A DNA stretch of 64,000 bases from Chloroflexota bacterium. GTDB lineage: Bacteria; Chloroflexota; UBA11872. Under the pieces are notes generated by a model. The model saw only the letters and a list, made by a program, of their open reading frames with translations. It did not search any database and was not told the DNA's origin. Each line of letters starts with the position of its first letter. Within the stretch, counting starts at the first letter, position 1. Below are positions 9,781 to 19,836 of this stretch, piece by piece. The position numbers and the translations under genes were made by a program. The stretch spans positions 169,182-233,181 of the forward strand of contig JAJECS010000024.1 in the NCBI GenBank assembly GCA_022821905.1, given 5' to 3'.

Positions 9781-11385
9781 CTACTCAGGCGTCACTTCCA
9801 CCGACAGTCGCCGCACGTCGGTTGCGGCGAGCTCGGGACCGGACGCGCGTCCGTACAGCGTGAGGTAGCAGAACCCACGCGCGTCGCCCTGGATTGGCAA
9901 CCGGCGCTCGGAGCCGTTGACACTCACCATCGCTTCTCCGCGACCGATGTCCCAGGCCACGGTTACCGGCGTCCAAGTGCCCGCGGGCAGCTCCGCGATG
10001 CCCAAGGACGAATCCACGGCACCGTCCGGCCGTCGATCGTTTGGGCGCCAGAAGGTCTCGTCCAGCACGAGGTCAACGCCAATCGCATCGGCCGTGCGCC
10101 GAATCTCGAATCGCAGCTCGCCCCGCGGACCAAAGGGGAAGTTCCGCTCTGCCGCCGTCGGCCGGTCGTCGACGCGCCGCAGCCGCAGCATCGCCTCACC
10201 GTCTTCGTGTTCAACACTCACGCCGCCGCAGCCGTTGGTGGACCAGCCGCGCAAGCCGTGAGTGAAGTCGTCGGCGTCGGTCGTTTCGGTCAGCACGTCG
10301 GGGTCGAATACGACGTAGTCCGTCTCCACCCGGCGCCAGCCGGCGATCACGTGCGCGAATTGGACCAGGACGCGGCCATCGGACAACGGATTGATGATCG
10401 GGTAGCTCACCTGGTCGTCCACGTTGTCGTGGTCGATCTGGCGCGCGAATTCGCGGTAGCCCTGCCAGGTGGCCCCGTCGTCATTCGAAATGGCGGCGTT
10501 CATGACGTGCCGCGACGCGTGCACCTGGCGCGTCTCGCCGCCAAAGGGTGGGCCCTGCGTGTTGTTCCAGACGAGCATCAACCGGCCGTCGGCCAGGCGC
10601 GCCGCCGAACAGGGGGAGTTTGGCGCCCGGAATCGCGTCGGCTGCGGCGTGCTCCAGGTGCGGCCATCGCTCGAGAATGACTCGTAGAGACGGCGGAATT
10701 GGGTGCGAATGACCATCCAGACCCGGCCGTCGCCAAGCTCCGCGGCGGTGGGCTCAACCGCCCCGGAGTGGCTGTGGCGCCCGCCCGAGGGCACCGGCAA
10801 CTCCGTCGAATCGGCGTGCCAGGTGCGCCCGCCATCATCCGAGTAGCACGACTTGGCGACGTTCTTTCCCGCCTCGCGGTCGAAGTCGTAGAAGTGCAGC
10901 GGCAGCAAGAGCCGCCCGCTGGACAGCTGCGTGAATCCCAGCAGTGCGCCCGTGTACTCACGGCCGTAGTCCACGCGGTGCGGCGGCTCCCACGTGGCGC
11001 CGCCGTCGCGGGAGGCGACGTGGTACACGTCGCAGCGCATTTCGTCGCGACCCGGCCGCTCGATGTCCTTGGGCCACTTGAGAAACCGCATCCCGATCCC
11101 GTGCAGATCGCCGTTGCGGTCAACGAGAGCGCGACCAAGCGTCCAGAGCCCGGCACTGCCGGGCATGGTGTGGACCACCTCCGGCTCGGACCAGACGATG
11201 GGGATGCCGCGACCGCGTCGCATCAGCAGCCGCTCCGGCGTCCACGGATCGTCGAAGGCCGCGCCTCCCAGCGTCTCTTGAAAGGGCGGCTTGCCCTCGG
11301 CCGTCAGCGTGAAGAACTGCCCGTCGGGCAGCTCGACGATCTGCCCGAGTCTGGTGCCGGCGCGGTAGCGGGGGGTGGCGAGCAT
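9781..11385 (-). CDS. Sialidase-fold BNR/Asp-box protein with an extra C-terminal domain
   Basis: Asp boxes SRDGGATW, SDDGGRTW, SSDGRTW, SNDDGATW. Also AVEPT, VIRT, VSYP. Confidence 0.85.
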   Translation of the reverse strand: MLATPRYRAGTRLGQIVELPDGQFFTLTAEGKPPFQETLGGAAFDDPWTPERLLMRRGRGIPIVWSEPEVVHTMPGSAGLWTLGRALVDRNGDLHGIGMRFLKWPKDIERPGRDEMRCDVYHVASRDGGATWEPPHRVDYGREYTGALLGFTQLSSGRLLLPLHFYDFDREAGKNVAKSCYSDDGGRTWHADSTELPVPSGGRHSHSGAVEPTAAELGDGRVWMVIRTQFRRLYESFSSDGRTWSTPQPTRFRAPNSPCSAARLADGRLMLVWNNTQGPPFGGETRQVHASRHVMNAAISNDDGATWQGYREFARQIDHDNVDDQVSYPIINPLSDGRVLVQFAHVIAGWRRVETDYVVFDPDVLTETTDADDFTHGLRGWSTNGCGGVSVEHEDGEAMLRLRRVDDRPTAAERNFPFGPRGELRFEIRRTADAIGVDLVLDETFWRPNDRRPDGAVDSSLGIAELPAGTWTPVTVAWDIGRGEAMVSVNGSERRLPIQGDARGFCYLTLYGRASGPELAATDVRRLSVEVTPE

Positions 11386-11483
11386 AGGGTCTTCCTTCCG
11401 GGTGACGATTGGGGCGCAAGCCTACCAGCGTGCCGGCGAGGCCTTGGGATACGCTGCGGAATCCCCAGCCGGGAGAGCCGCGC

Positions 11484-12413
11484 ATGGCCAAGCCGCACCG
11501 AATGACGCCCGACGAGATCAAGACGCACCTCGAAGGCCCGGTGATGTCGATCCCTACCAGCTTTTTGGCCGACGGCCCGATCGACTACGACGGCGTCGCC
11601 AACGTCATCGAGACCGGTATCGCGGGCGGCACGCAGGTCGCGCTGCTCACGATCGGCGACAGCCAGTTTGCCTACATGCGCGAGCAGGAAGTGGCGGATA
11701 TCACGCGCTTCGTCGTCGAGCGCACGGCTGATCGCGCGATGGTCGTCGCCGCGACCGGCCTATGGGCCACGACGCAGTCTGTTGAATTCGCGCACTACGC
11801 GCGCGACGTCGGCGCCGACGTGGTCATGGCGGCGCCGTCCGGTCAGCTGGGCGATCCCGTGGGCATGGCGGCCCACTACAAGGCCGTGGCCGCGGTGATG
11901 CCCGTGATGGTCGTCGGCTTTCCCCCTCACGAAATGCTGCATCGGCTGGTGGACGAGCCGAATATCTGCTGCATGAAGGAAGACGGCACGGACGCGTACG
12001 CCGTGCAGACCATCGAGGAGTTCGACGGTCATTGGAAGTTCATGAGCGGCGGCAAGCTCGGTCGCCACATGCTGCAGTGGACCTATGGCTGCCGCAGCTT
12101 CATGGACTGGTCCACCAGCTTCGCCCCCCATGTCGGCCAGCGACTCTGGGAAGCGCTCCAATCGGGCGACGTCCCCGACGCGGCGCGCGTGGTGCGGGAA
12201 ATCGAGACGCCGCTGTTCGACTTGTCGGGTCACCCCAAGATCATCCGCCAGGGCGGATCATTCCCCGGCGGTTGGCAATCGCTGTGGCGCGCGTGCCTGG
12301 AGCTGAACGGCATCGCGTCCCGGCACCTGCGACTGCCCCACACGTCGGCGTCCGAGTCCGACCTCGAGCAAGTCAAGCCGGAGCTGCAGCGACTGGGACT
12401 GCTGGGCGCTTAG
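11484..12413 (+). CDS. Dihydrodipicolinate synthase/N-acetylneuraminate lyase-like class I aldolase (divergent)
   Basis: GPVMSIPTSF..DGPIDY, LLTIGDS, CMKED (Schiff-base Lys). Confidence 0.8.
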   Translation: MAKPHRMTPDEIKTHLEGPVMSIPTSFLADGPIDYDGVANVIETGIAGGTQVALLTIGDSQFAYMREQEVADITRFVVERTADRAMVVAATGLWATTQSVEFAHYARDVGADVVMAAPSGQLGDPVGMAAHYKAVAAVMPVMVVGFPPHEMLHRLVDEPNICCMKEDGTDAYAVQTIEEFDGHWKFMSGGKLGRHMLQWTYGCRSFMDWSTSFAPHVGQRLWEALQSGDVPDAARVVREIETPLFDLSGHPKIIRQGGSFPGGWQSLWRACLELNGIASRHLRLPHTSASESDLEQVKPELQRLGLLGA

Positions 12414-12565
12414 GCGAGCCAACCGACTACGCAATAGCCCTGCCGCTGGTCGGTCACGTTGCCGAAGTGAGGACTCGCTCGTCCTAGGAGAGCGACTGGG
12501 AATCTTGACGATTGAGGTTGCCCAAAGCCCCTGGGCTCGGACGATCGACCGGCGAAGTGTGGCGG

Positions 12566-13534
12566 CTACTCGCCCGACTGGCTGCGCCCACGCACGTCGA
12601 AGGCGTCGCGCAGGCCGTCTCCCATGAAGTTGATGGACAGGACGGCAATGCTGATCGCCGCGCCCGGAGCGATCCACAGCCACGGGAACCCGGCCAGGAA
12701 GGCAATGCCGCGCGCGCTGTTGATCATGGATCCCCAACTCGCGGCAGGCTCCGTGACGCCGAATCCGAGGAAGCTCAGCCCCGCCTCGGCGAGAATCGCG
12801 CCGGCCACGCCGAGCGTGATCGCCACGGTCACCGGACCGACGATGTTCGGCAGGATGTGGCGAATGATGATGTAGCGCTGACTGGCGCCCAGCGCACTCG
12901 ACGCCATCACGTATTCCAGTTCACGCATCACCAGGATGTTGCCGCGGAAGAGCCGCGCCAGTCCCGGCCAGCCGAAGATTCCAATGATTACCATGATGTT
13001 GAAAATATTCGGGCCTGTAATACCGGCCAGGATGATGATGAGAATGAACGTCGGGAAAGTCATCACGAAGTCAGTGAACCGCATCAGGGCATCGTCGACG
13101 TATCCCCCGGCGAGTCCCGCGATGGACCCGATGATGAAACCGATGACGACGTAGATGGAGACCGCGACGATGCCCACCGACAGCGAGACTCGCGCGCCTT
13201 GCAGAATCCGGCTGAATACGTCACGCCCGACCTGATCAGTCCCCATCCAATTGACGGTGTCAGGGGGCCGATTGACTTTGAACAGGTGCGGCTTCTCGGG
13301 ATCAAATGGCGACACGATCGCCTGGGTGGCGGCCAGCAACGCCATGATGATGAGGCAGATTAATCCCGCGAGCGCCAGCTTGTGGGCGAGGAATCGTCGA
13401 AACGCCCGGCGAAACGGCGAGAGCTCCGGCGGAAGCTCGATAATCTCCTCCGCGGCCAGATCGGCAGCCGCCTGGGAAATGCCCCCTCCGGTCTGCGGGG
13501 CGGATGCGCCCGCGGCTTGGCTCTCGGTGCTCAT
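12566..13534 (-). CDS. oppC: Oligopeptide/dipeptide-type ABC permease (OppC/DppC family)
   Basis: WMGTDQVGRDVFSR, EYVMASSALGA, RHILPN, EAGLSFLGFG, GDGLRDAFD. Confidence 0.93.
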   Translation of the reverse strand: MSTESQAAGASAPQTGGGISQAAADLAAEEIIELPPELSPFRRAFRRFLAHKLALAGLICLIIMALLAATQAIVSPFDPEKPHLFKVNRPPDTVNWMGTDQVGRDVFSRILQGARVSLSVGIVAVSIYVVIGFIIGSIAGLAGGYVDDALMRFTDFVMTFPTFILIIILAGITGPNIFNIMVIIGIFGWPGLARLFRGNILVMRELEYVMASSALGASQRYIIIRHILPNIVGPVTVAITLGVAGAILAEAGLSFLGFGVTEPAASWGSMINSARGIAFLAGFPWLWIAPGAAISIAVLSINFMGDGLRDAFDVRGRSQSGE

Positions 13535-13553
13535 GCTCTCCCTCGACGCTGAC

Positions 13554-14522
13554 TCATGAGTGGCGCACTCGTGGATCGACCCATGCGTAGGCAATGTCGG
13601 TCAACAGGTTGGCCGCCAGCGTGATGACCGACGAGATGATCAGCACGCCCATGATGACCGGGTAGTCGCGCTGGAGCAGGGCCGTGTATCCCAGCAAGCC
13701 GACGCCCGGCCAGCGGAAGATCGTCTCGACGATGAGCGCGCCGCCGAACAGCACCGGCAGCCGCAGCCCAATAAGCGTCACGATGGGGATCAGCGCGTTG
13801 CGGAAGACGTGCTTCCAGAGAATCAGCCGCTCGCTCAGGCCCTTGGCCCGGGCCGTCGTCACAAAGTCGGCGGAGATGGTGTCGAGCACGGAAGCTCGCG
13901 CATAGCGCATCAACCCGGCGATGTCGTTCATTGCCAGCGCGAAGACCGGCAGCACCGCGTGGTGCAACAGGTCCCAGTTGATGCCGGTCTCGCCGCCGGG
14001 CGTCCACATGCCAAACGTCGGGAACCATCCCAGCGTCACCGCGAAGATGAACATCCCCATTAGGGCGAAGAAGAACTCCGGCACCGACAGCATGAAGAAG
14101 GCGCTGATCGTGAGCGTGTAGTCCATGCGCGAGTACTGGTAGAGCGCGGAAACCACGCCAAACAGCAAGCCAAGGGCCAGGCCCACCGCCACCGTGGCCG
14201 TCATCAGGCTGATCGTGGGTGGCAGCCGGTCGAGGATCAGCTCCAGCACGGGAACGTTGTGCGTTTGGATGGAGTAGCCCAGATTGCCCTGGATGGCTTC
14301 CTTCAGCCAGAGGAAGTACTGCACCGGCACCGGCTTGTCGAGTCCGTACTGGGCGAGAAGCTCGTCGATCTCGTGCGGGCCCATATAGAGCATTTCTTCG
14401 GGATCGATCAGGGCCTGGATCGGGTCCCCGGGCGCGAGCTGGAAGACGATGAACGACGTCAGCGACAGCAAGAACAGCAGCGGGATCGAGATGAGAATTC
14501 GGCGGATGATGTATTGGGTCAT
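13554..14522 (-). CDS. oppB: Oligopeptide/dipeptide-type ABC permease (OppB/DppB family)
   Basis: YIIRRIL, YGLDKP..VQY, TARAKGL, KHVFRNA, RDYPVI, DPRVR. Confidence 0.93.
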   Translation of the reverse strand: MTQYIIRRILISIPLLFLLSLTSFIVFQLAPGDPIQALIDPEEMLYMGPHEIDELLAQYGLDKPVPVQYFLWLKEAIQGNLGYSIQTHNVPVLELILDRLPPTISLMTATVAVGLALGLLFGVVSALYQYSRMDYTLTISAFFMLSVPEFFFALMGMFIFAVTLGWFPTFGMWTPGGETGINWDLLHHAVLPVFALAMNDIAGLMRYARASVLDTISADFVTTARAKGLSERLILWKHVFRNALIPIVTLIGLRLPVLFGGALIVETIFRWPGVGLLGYTALLQRDYPVIMGVLIISSVITLAANLLTDIAYAWVDPRVRHS

Positions 14523-14768
14523 GTCATCGCCCCGCGCCGAAGCGTAGTCTCTGTGTCGCGCAACCGCTGCGCAGCATGGCCGAGTAGGGGCATGCTACTC
14601 AATTCGAGTTGCGACCGGCAACACGGTCGATGTGACGCCCGGCAACCCGACCACGCCTTGGGTCGCGATTCCAATCGAACTCTGGAGATTCGCGCGGCGC
14701 GAGCCGACGTGGTGTACTCGGGTCACGACGGTTTCGCGGCCCGGCGGGCCTCGAAGGAGCTCAGGCCC

Positions 14769-15977
14769 ATGCTGACCACGGCGACCTACGCCCGCGGTGG
14801 ACGGCGCGCCACCATCTCGGTCGAGCGCATCGACACGTTTCTCGAATACACCGACACCATCGTCAACTTTCCGGGCATCCTGGCGCTCGACGGGGACCGG
14901 CTGGTGCTCAGCGCCAATCACGCCCGCCACGGTGATTTCGAGGGCGAGCCGCTGCGCACGTTCTTGTCTGAGGACAACGGCGCCAACTGGACGCTGCTGG
15001 GGCTCGATAGCCCATTCCTCGACGCCCATCCGCTGACAGGCGAGAACTTCCTCACATTCGCCGGGGGCAACCGCGGCTACATGCGCGACGGCACCGTCAC
15101 CCACATCGACGTCCACCAGGCCGACCTTGAACGGCGATCCTGGAGCCGGCGCGAGGGCCCGATGCACGCCATCATGCAGACGGCCGACCCCACGTTTCGC
15201 TGGCGGCGCTGGAGCGGATCCGGCGAACTTTTGGAGAACCGCCTCATCACCGTGGAGAACACACCCTGGGAGACCGGTTCCTACGAGAACTACGCCAGGA
15301 TTCTCGAGCTTGGCAACGGTGAGCTGCTGACGGTCATCGGCGTGCTCGCCGGAGCTCCCCCGCGGCTGCCGGGCGTGGACCGCCGCGGCCGGCCGCACTA
15401 CAACATGCGTTTCTCGGTCGCCATCGTCCGCTCCCATGACAACGGCAAGACCTGGGAAGCCACCACGGCGCTTCATCCCTGGGAGCACGAGCAGGTCTAC
15501 GGTCCGCACGACCGAGCCGTCGACGAAGGCTTCGACGAGGCCGACCTGGAAATCGCGTCCAACGGCGACCTGGTGCTGATCATGCGCAGCGGCTCCTTCT
15601 CCCCGCTCTTCCAAACGCGCTCGAGCGACGGCGGCGACACCTGGAGCGAGCCCGAAAACGCAGGCTGGCCCGCGGTCAAGCCGCGGCTGCATCTGCTGCC
15701 CAACGGCGTGCTGGCGGGCATCTCGGGCCGCGGCGGCTATGGGCATCCACAGGTCACGCACGTCATGCTCAGCCTCGACGGCACCGGCAAACACTGGGAG
15801 ACGCCGTTCCCCTTCCACACCGGACCTGGATGCTCCTACACGTCGACCTTTGTGAAGGACGGCCAGCTGAACGTGGTGTTCTCGCACTCGGACTTCACTA
15901 GCGAGATGGGCACCAACCGCCTGCCCTCGCAGCGCATCCGGCGCGCGGTGATCAACGTGGAGGTGGAGGATGCCTGA
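14769..15977 (+). CDS. BNR/sialidase-fold protein, tandem paralog 1
   Basis: ATG 14769 after AAGGAG. Asp boxes SEDNGANW, SHDNGKTW, SSDGGDTW. GCSYTS. Confidence 0.85.
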   Translation: MLTTATYARGGRRATISVERIDTFLEYTDTIVNFPGILALDGDRLVLSANHARHGDFEGEPLRTFLSEDNGANWTLLGLDSPFLDAHPLTGENFLTFAGGNRGYMRDGTVTHIDVHQADLERRSWSRREGPMHAIMQTADPTFRWRRWSGSGELLENRLITVENTPWETGSYENYARILELGNGELLTVIGVLAGAPPRLPGVDRRGRPHYNMRFSVAIVRSHDNGKTWEATTALHPWEHEQVYGPHDRAVDEGFDEADLEIASNGDLVLIMRSGSFSPLFQTRSSDGGDTWSEPENAGWPAVKPRLHLLPNGVLAGISGRGGYGHPQVTHVMLSLDGTGKHWETPFPFHTGPGCSYTSTFVKDGQLNVVFSHSDFTSEMGTNRLPSQRIRRAVINVEVEDA

Positions 15978-16049
15978 AATGGGCCGCACGCCGGCAACCT
16001 GTCTGATCGAGGCGCCCACGCTGCGCGCGGCGTGGGCCGACGAGCACCG

Positions 16050-17249
16050 ATGATCGAGAGCGCGACTTACACCGACGGCACGCGCTCGGTGCGCATCGGC
16101 GTCGATCGCATCGACACCTGGCTGGAAGACCACGAGTCCATCATCAACTTCCCGGGCGTCGTCGAGCTCGACGGCGACCGGCTCTTCATGACGATCCATC
16201 ACGGCCGTCACGGCGGCGAGGAACCAACCTGGGCCTTCCTGTCCGATGACGCCGGGGCAAGCTGGCGGCGCCTACCCAACGACTTCCCCTTGCTCTCGCG
16301 CGACGCACGCACCGGGCTCATCAACGAGACCCACGACTCGGGAGTGACCGGACACCTGCGCGACGGCTCCTTCGTGCGCATCAACCACAGCACCGAGCAC
16401 GCCCTGTCCGTGGGCTACGACCGCGCGCACGGCACCTATCACGAGCAGTTCCAGGAAGACGACCCCACGTTTCGGTTCCATCGCTGGACGGCCGACGCCA
16501 CGCCCATTGAGAGCTTTCCATTCAAGGTGCGCGGCATTCCGTGGGGTCGCGCGTCCTACCAGTGCTACTCGCGCCTGCTCGAGATGGACAACGGCGACTT
16601 CCTCACGGCCCTGGAGTGGGTCAGGATCCTCCCGCAAGCGGAGTGGACGCGCCTTCCCATCGGTCGCGATCGGAAGACGATCACCAGCGTCTTCATCGTG
16701 CGCTCCAGCGACCGCGGCAAGAGCTGGGATTTCGTGCACGCCTTCGACGCCTATGCGCTCAAGCCCGTGTACGGCCCCGGCGACCGCCGCTTGGACGAGG
16801 GCTTCAACGAGGCCGATCTCGTCCGGCTGGCTAACGGCGACCTGCTGTGCATGTTCCGCACCGGGTCCTACTCGCCCATGCACATGTCGCGCTCCGAGGA
16901 CGGCGGGCGCACCTGGTCGACTCCGGTCAACGTCGGCTGGCAGGGCGTCAAGCCGCGCCTGGAGCTGCTGCCCAACGGCGTGCTGGCCTGCGCCGCAGGG
17001 CGCGGGGCCTACGGCCATCCCCAGGTGACCCACGTGACCCTGAGTCTGGACGGCACCGGCCGCCATTGGGAGCCGCCGTTCGCCTTTCACACCGGCCCCG
17101 GCTGCTCCTACACCTCGACCATGCAGCGGGACGACCGGCTGCACGTGGTCTACTCGCACTCCGATTTCACCCGCGACATGGGCACCAACCAACTGCCGTC
17201 GCAGACCATTCGTCGGGCGGTCTTGGACGTCGCCGTTCTCGATGACTGA
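16050..17249 (+). CDS. BNR/sialidase-fold protein, tandem paralog 2
   Basis: Asp boxes SDDAGASW, SSDRGKSW, SEDGGRTW. C-terminal block shared with its neighbours. Confidence 0.85.
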   Translation: MIESATYTDGTRSVRIGVDRIDTWLEDHESIINFPGVVELDGDRLFMTIHHGRHGGEEPTWAFLSDDAGASWRRLPNDFPLLSRDARTGLINETHDSGVTGHLRDGSFVRINHSTEHALSVGYDRAHGTYHEQFQEDDPTFRFHRWTADATPIESFPFKVRGIPWGRASYQCYSRLLEMDNGDFLTALEWVRILPQAEWTRLPIGRDRKTITSVFIVRSSDRGKSWDFVHAFDAYALKPVYGPGDRRLDEGFNEADLVRLANGDLLCMFRTGSYSPMHMSRSEDGGRTWSTPVNVGWQGVKPRLELLPNGVLACAAGRGAYGHPQVTHVTLSLDGTGRHWEPPFAFHTGPGCSYTSTMQRDDRLHVVYSHSDFTRDMGTNQLPSQTIRRAVLDVAVLDD

Positions 17250-17303
17250 TCGGCCGCACCACGAGATAACGCCGGCACGCCGCCGCGCAGGAGGTTAGTT
17301 CCG

Positions 17304-18470
17304 ATGCTCGAGTCCGCCACCTACAGCGACGGCGAGCGCACCGCAACCCTCAGCGTCGAGCGCATCGACACCTGGCAGGAAGACACCGAGGTCATCCTGA
17401 ACTTCCCGCATGTGGTGGAGCTCGCGGAAGACTGCCTATTCATGCGTTTCGCCCGCTCGCAGCACGCCATTGCCGAAGAGGAGCCCCACCGCGACGTCTA
17501 CTCGACCGACGACGGCGAAACCTGGGCCGAGGCGCCGCCCGGCATGGAGTTCGGCGGCGGCAGCCTGGGCTATCTCCGCGACGGCACGATCATGCGGCTG
17601 GAGCACAACACGGTCGAGGCCACGCAGCGCACCTGGGACAAGCACGTCGGCCCGTTCCACCTGGTCATGCAGGAGGACGACCCGACCTTCCGCCTGAACA
17701 CCTGGCGACCGAACGGCGAGCCCATCGACCGCATCGAGTTCAAGATCGCCGGGCTGCCCTGGGCCACCGCCTCCTACCAGACCTACGCCAAGATCCTGGA
17801 CCTCGACGACGGCAGCCTGCTCGCCGCCATGGAAGCCCAGGTCGGCCCGCCGAGGGAAACCGACGACATTCGGCCCGACGGCCGGCACCGTTGGGAGATC
17901 ACCATGACGACGTTCATCGTCCGGTCGCGCGACCGCGGCCGGACGTGGGACTTCGTCACGGCATTCAGGCCGGAAGAGCTGCCGCTGGTTTACGGGGTGA
18001 GCGATCGCCCCGTGGACGAGGGGCTCACGGAGGCCGACCTGATCGTCGCGGCAAACGGCGACATCCTGTGCGTCAACCGCACCGGCTCGTACTCGCCCAT
18101 GTGGCAGACGCGATCGACCGACGGTGGCCACACCTGGGGAACGCCCCATCCCGTGGGGTGGCAGGGCGTGAAGCCACGGCTGAATCTCTTGCCCAACGGC
18201 GTGCTCACCTGCGCGGCGGGTCGCGGCGGCTACGGCCACCCCCAGATCACCCACGTGATGATCAGCCTGGACGGCACCGGCAACCACTGGGAAGCGCCCT
18301 TCGGCTTCCACACCGGTCCGGGTTGCTCCTACACCTCGACGATGGTCCGGGACGGGCAGTTGCACGTCGTCTTCTCGCATTCCGACTTCACCCGCCCGTT
18401 CGGCACGCACAACCTGCCCTCGCAGCGCATCCGGCGAGCGGTGATCGACGTGCAACTGCACGACAGCTAG
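17304..18470 (+). CDS. BNR/sialidase-fold protein, tandem paralog 3
   Basis: GGAGG RBS. Asp boxes STDDGETW, SRDRGRTW, STDGGHTW. Confidence 0.85.
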   Translation: MLESATYSDGERTATLSVERIDTWQEDTEVILNFPHVVELAEDCLFMRFARSQHAIAEEEPHRDVYSTDDGETWAEAPPGMEFGGGSLGYLRDGTIMRLEHNTVEATQRTWDKHVGPFHLVMQEDDPTFRLNTWRPNGEPIDRIEFKIAGLPWATASYQTYAKILDLDDGSLLAAMEAQVGPPRETDDIRPDGRHRWEITMTTFIVRSRDRGRTWDFVTAFRPEELPLVYGVSDRPVDEGLTEADLIVAANGDILCVNRTGSYSPMWQTRSTDGGHTWGTPHPVGWQGVKPRLNLLPNGVLTCAAGRGGYGHPQITHVMISLDGTGNHWEAPFGFHTGPGCSYTSTMVRDGQLHVVFSHSDFTRPFGTHNLPSQRIRRAVIDVQLHDS

Positions 18471-18603
18471 GCAGCCGCGCAACAGGCACACGCGTCATCT
18501 CCGCCCGCCGCTCCGATAATGGGCCGCCCACTGCCCGCCGTTCGTTCGACACGCCCACAGCCCCGGGCTAGCATTTCGGCGCCCAACAACTGGAGTCACA
18601 TCC

Positions 18604-19803
18604 ATGCTGCGGCAAGCCACCTACGAGCGAAACGGACGCTCGGCATCGATCAGCGTCGAGCGCATCGACACCTGGTTCGAGACCACCGATTCGGTCATCA
18701 ATTTCCCGGGCCTGGTGGAGCTCGAGGGCGACCACATGTTCTTGAGCTATCACCACGGGCGCCACGGCGGCCATGAGCCCCTGGAGCTCGCCGTCTCGGA
18801 CGACGCCGGCGCCACCTGGCGCGAGGCGCCCGACGATCACCCGATGGTCTACATCCACCCGGACACGGGCCGCAAGGGCATCGAGTTTGCCTCTGGCGTC
18901 CTGGGCTACCCGCGCGACGACTCCATCGTGCACATCGACCACGACACGGTGGAGCTGTCGGATCGCTGGAAAGACCGCACCTCAGGCTCCTACCACGAGA
19001 TGGGGCAGGTCGAGAGCCCGACGTTCCTTTGGCGGCGCTGGTCCACGGCCGGCGAGCCGCTCGAAAAGCACACGTTCAAGGTTCGCGATCTGCCGTTCGC
19101 GCGCGCGTCGTATCAGTCCTACAGCTCGCTCATCGAGCTGGACAACGGCGACTACCTGACCGCCCTGGAGTGGGTGGACCTGTTGCCGGCCGACGAGTGG
19201 TCCACCGACACCCGCGGACGTATTCGCAAGACCCGCATCGGGGTCTTCATCGTGCGTTCGAGCGATCAGGGCTACACCTGGGACTTCGTGCACAAGTTCG
19301 ACGCCGGTGAGGTCAATCCCGTCTACGGTCCGGGCGACCGAACGGTCGACGAGGGGTTCGACGAGGCCGACCTCGTCGTCACGGCCAACGGCGACATACT
19401 CTGCGTGATGCGCACCGGCAGCTACTCGCCGATGTTCCAGTCGCGCTCCACCGACGGCGGCCACACCTGGTCCGAGCCCACCAACACCGGCTGGCAGGCC
19501 GTAAAGCCTCGGCTCACGCTGCTGCCCAACGGCATTCTCGCCTGCGCGTCCGGCCGCGGCGCCTACGGACATCCGCAGGTGACGCACGTGATGCTGAGCC
19601 TGGACGGCAATGGCGAGCACTGGGAGACGCCTTTCGCCTTTCACACGCGCGGCGGCTGCTCCTACACCTCCAAGATGTACCGCGACGACCGACTGCACGT
19701 GATCTACTCGGACTCGGACTTCACCCGCGAGTTGGGAACCATCGGCTTGCCGTCGCAGCGAATCTGCCGCGCGGTGATCGACGTGCAGAGTCCCGCGACC
19801 TAA
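18604..19803 (+). CDS. BNR/sialidase-fold protein, tandem paralog 4
   Basis: GGAG RBS. Asp boxes SDDAGATW, SSDQGYTW, STDGGHTW. Confidence 0.85.
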   Translation: MLRQATYERNGRSASISVERIDTWFETTDSVINFPGLVELEGDHMFLSYHHGRHGGHEPLELAVSDDAGATWREAPDDHPMVYIHPDTGRKGIEFASGVLGYPRDDSIVHIDHDTVELSDRWKDRTSGSYHEMGQVESPTFLWRRWSTAGEPLEKHTFKVRDLPFARASYQSYSSLIELDNGDYLTALEWVDLLPADEWSTDTRGRIRKTRIGVFIVRSSDQGYTWDFVHKFDAGEVNPVYGPGDRTVDEGFDEADLVVTANGDILCVMRTGSYSPMFQSRSTDGGHTWSEPTNTGWQAVKPRLTLLPNGILACASGRGAYGHPQVTHVMLSLDGNGEHWETPFAFHTRGGCSYTSKMYRDDRLHVIYSDSDFTRELGTIGLPSQRICRAVIDVQSPAT

Positions 19804-19836
19804 TCCGCCGCTGAATCCTCGAAGGGTGCGTTAGCC

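Noticed and set aside
7128-9863. Very long alternative ORFs (e.g. 7128-9863, 4708-7314, 30376-32397, 43926-45902)
   Set aside because: They are antisense or off-frame shadows of high-GC genes that carry clear family motifs.
12420-12560. Hairpins (tcgctc...gagcga) between convergent genes as a possible ncRNA
   Set aside because: Adequately explained as a terminator-like structure, and no RNA family motif was recognised.
14600-14690. CGGCAACC suggested a SAM-I riboswitch
   Set aside because: The other conserved elements (ATC/GAT P1, GAGGGA, GGTGC) are missing.
14769-19803. Diversity-generating retroelement or cassette shuffling behind the tandem paralogs
   Set aside because: No reverse transcriptase or recombinase is present, and the differences are largely synonymous or ancient rather than adenine-specific.
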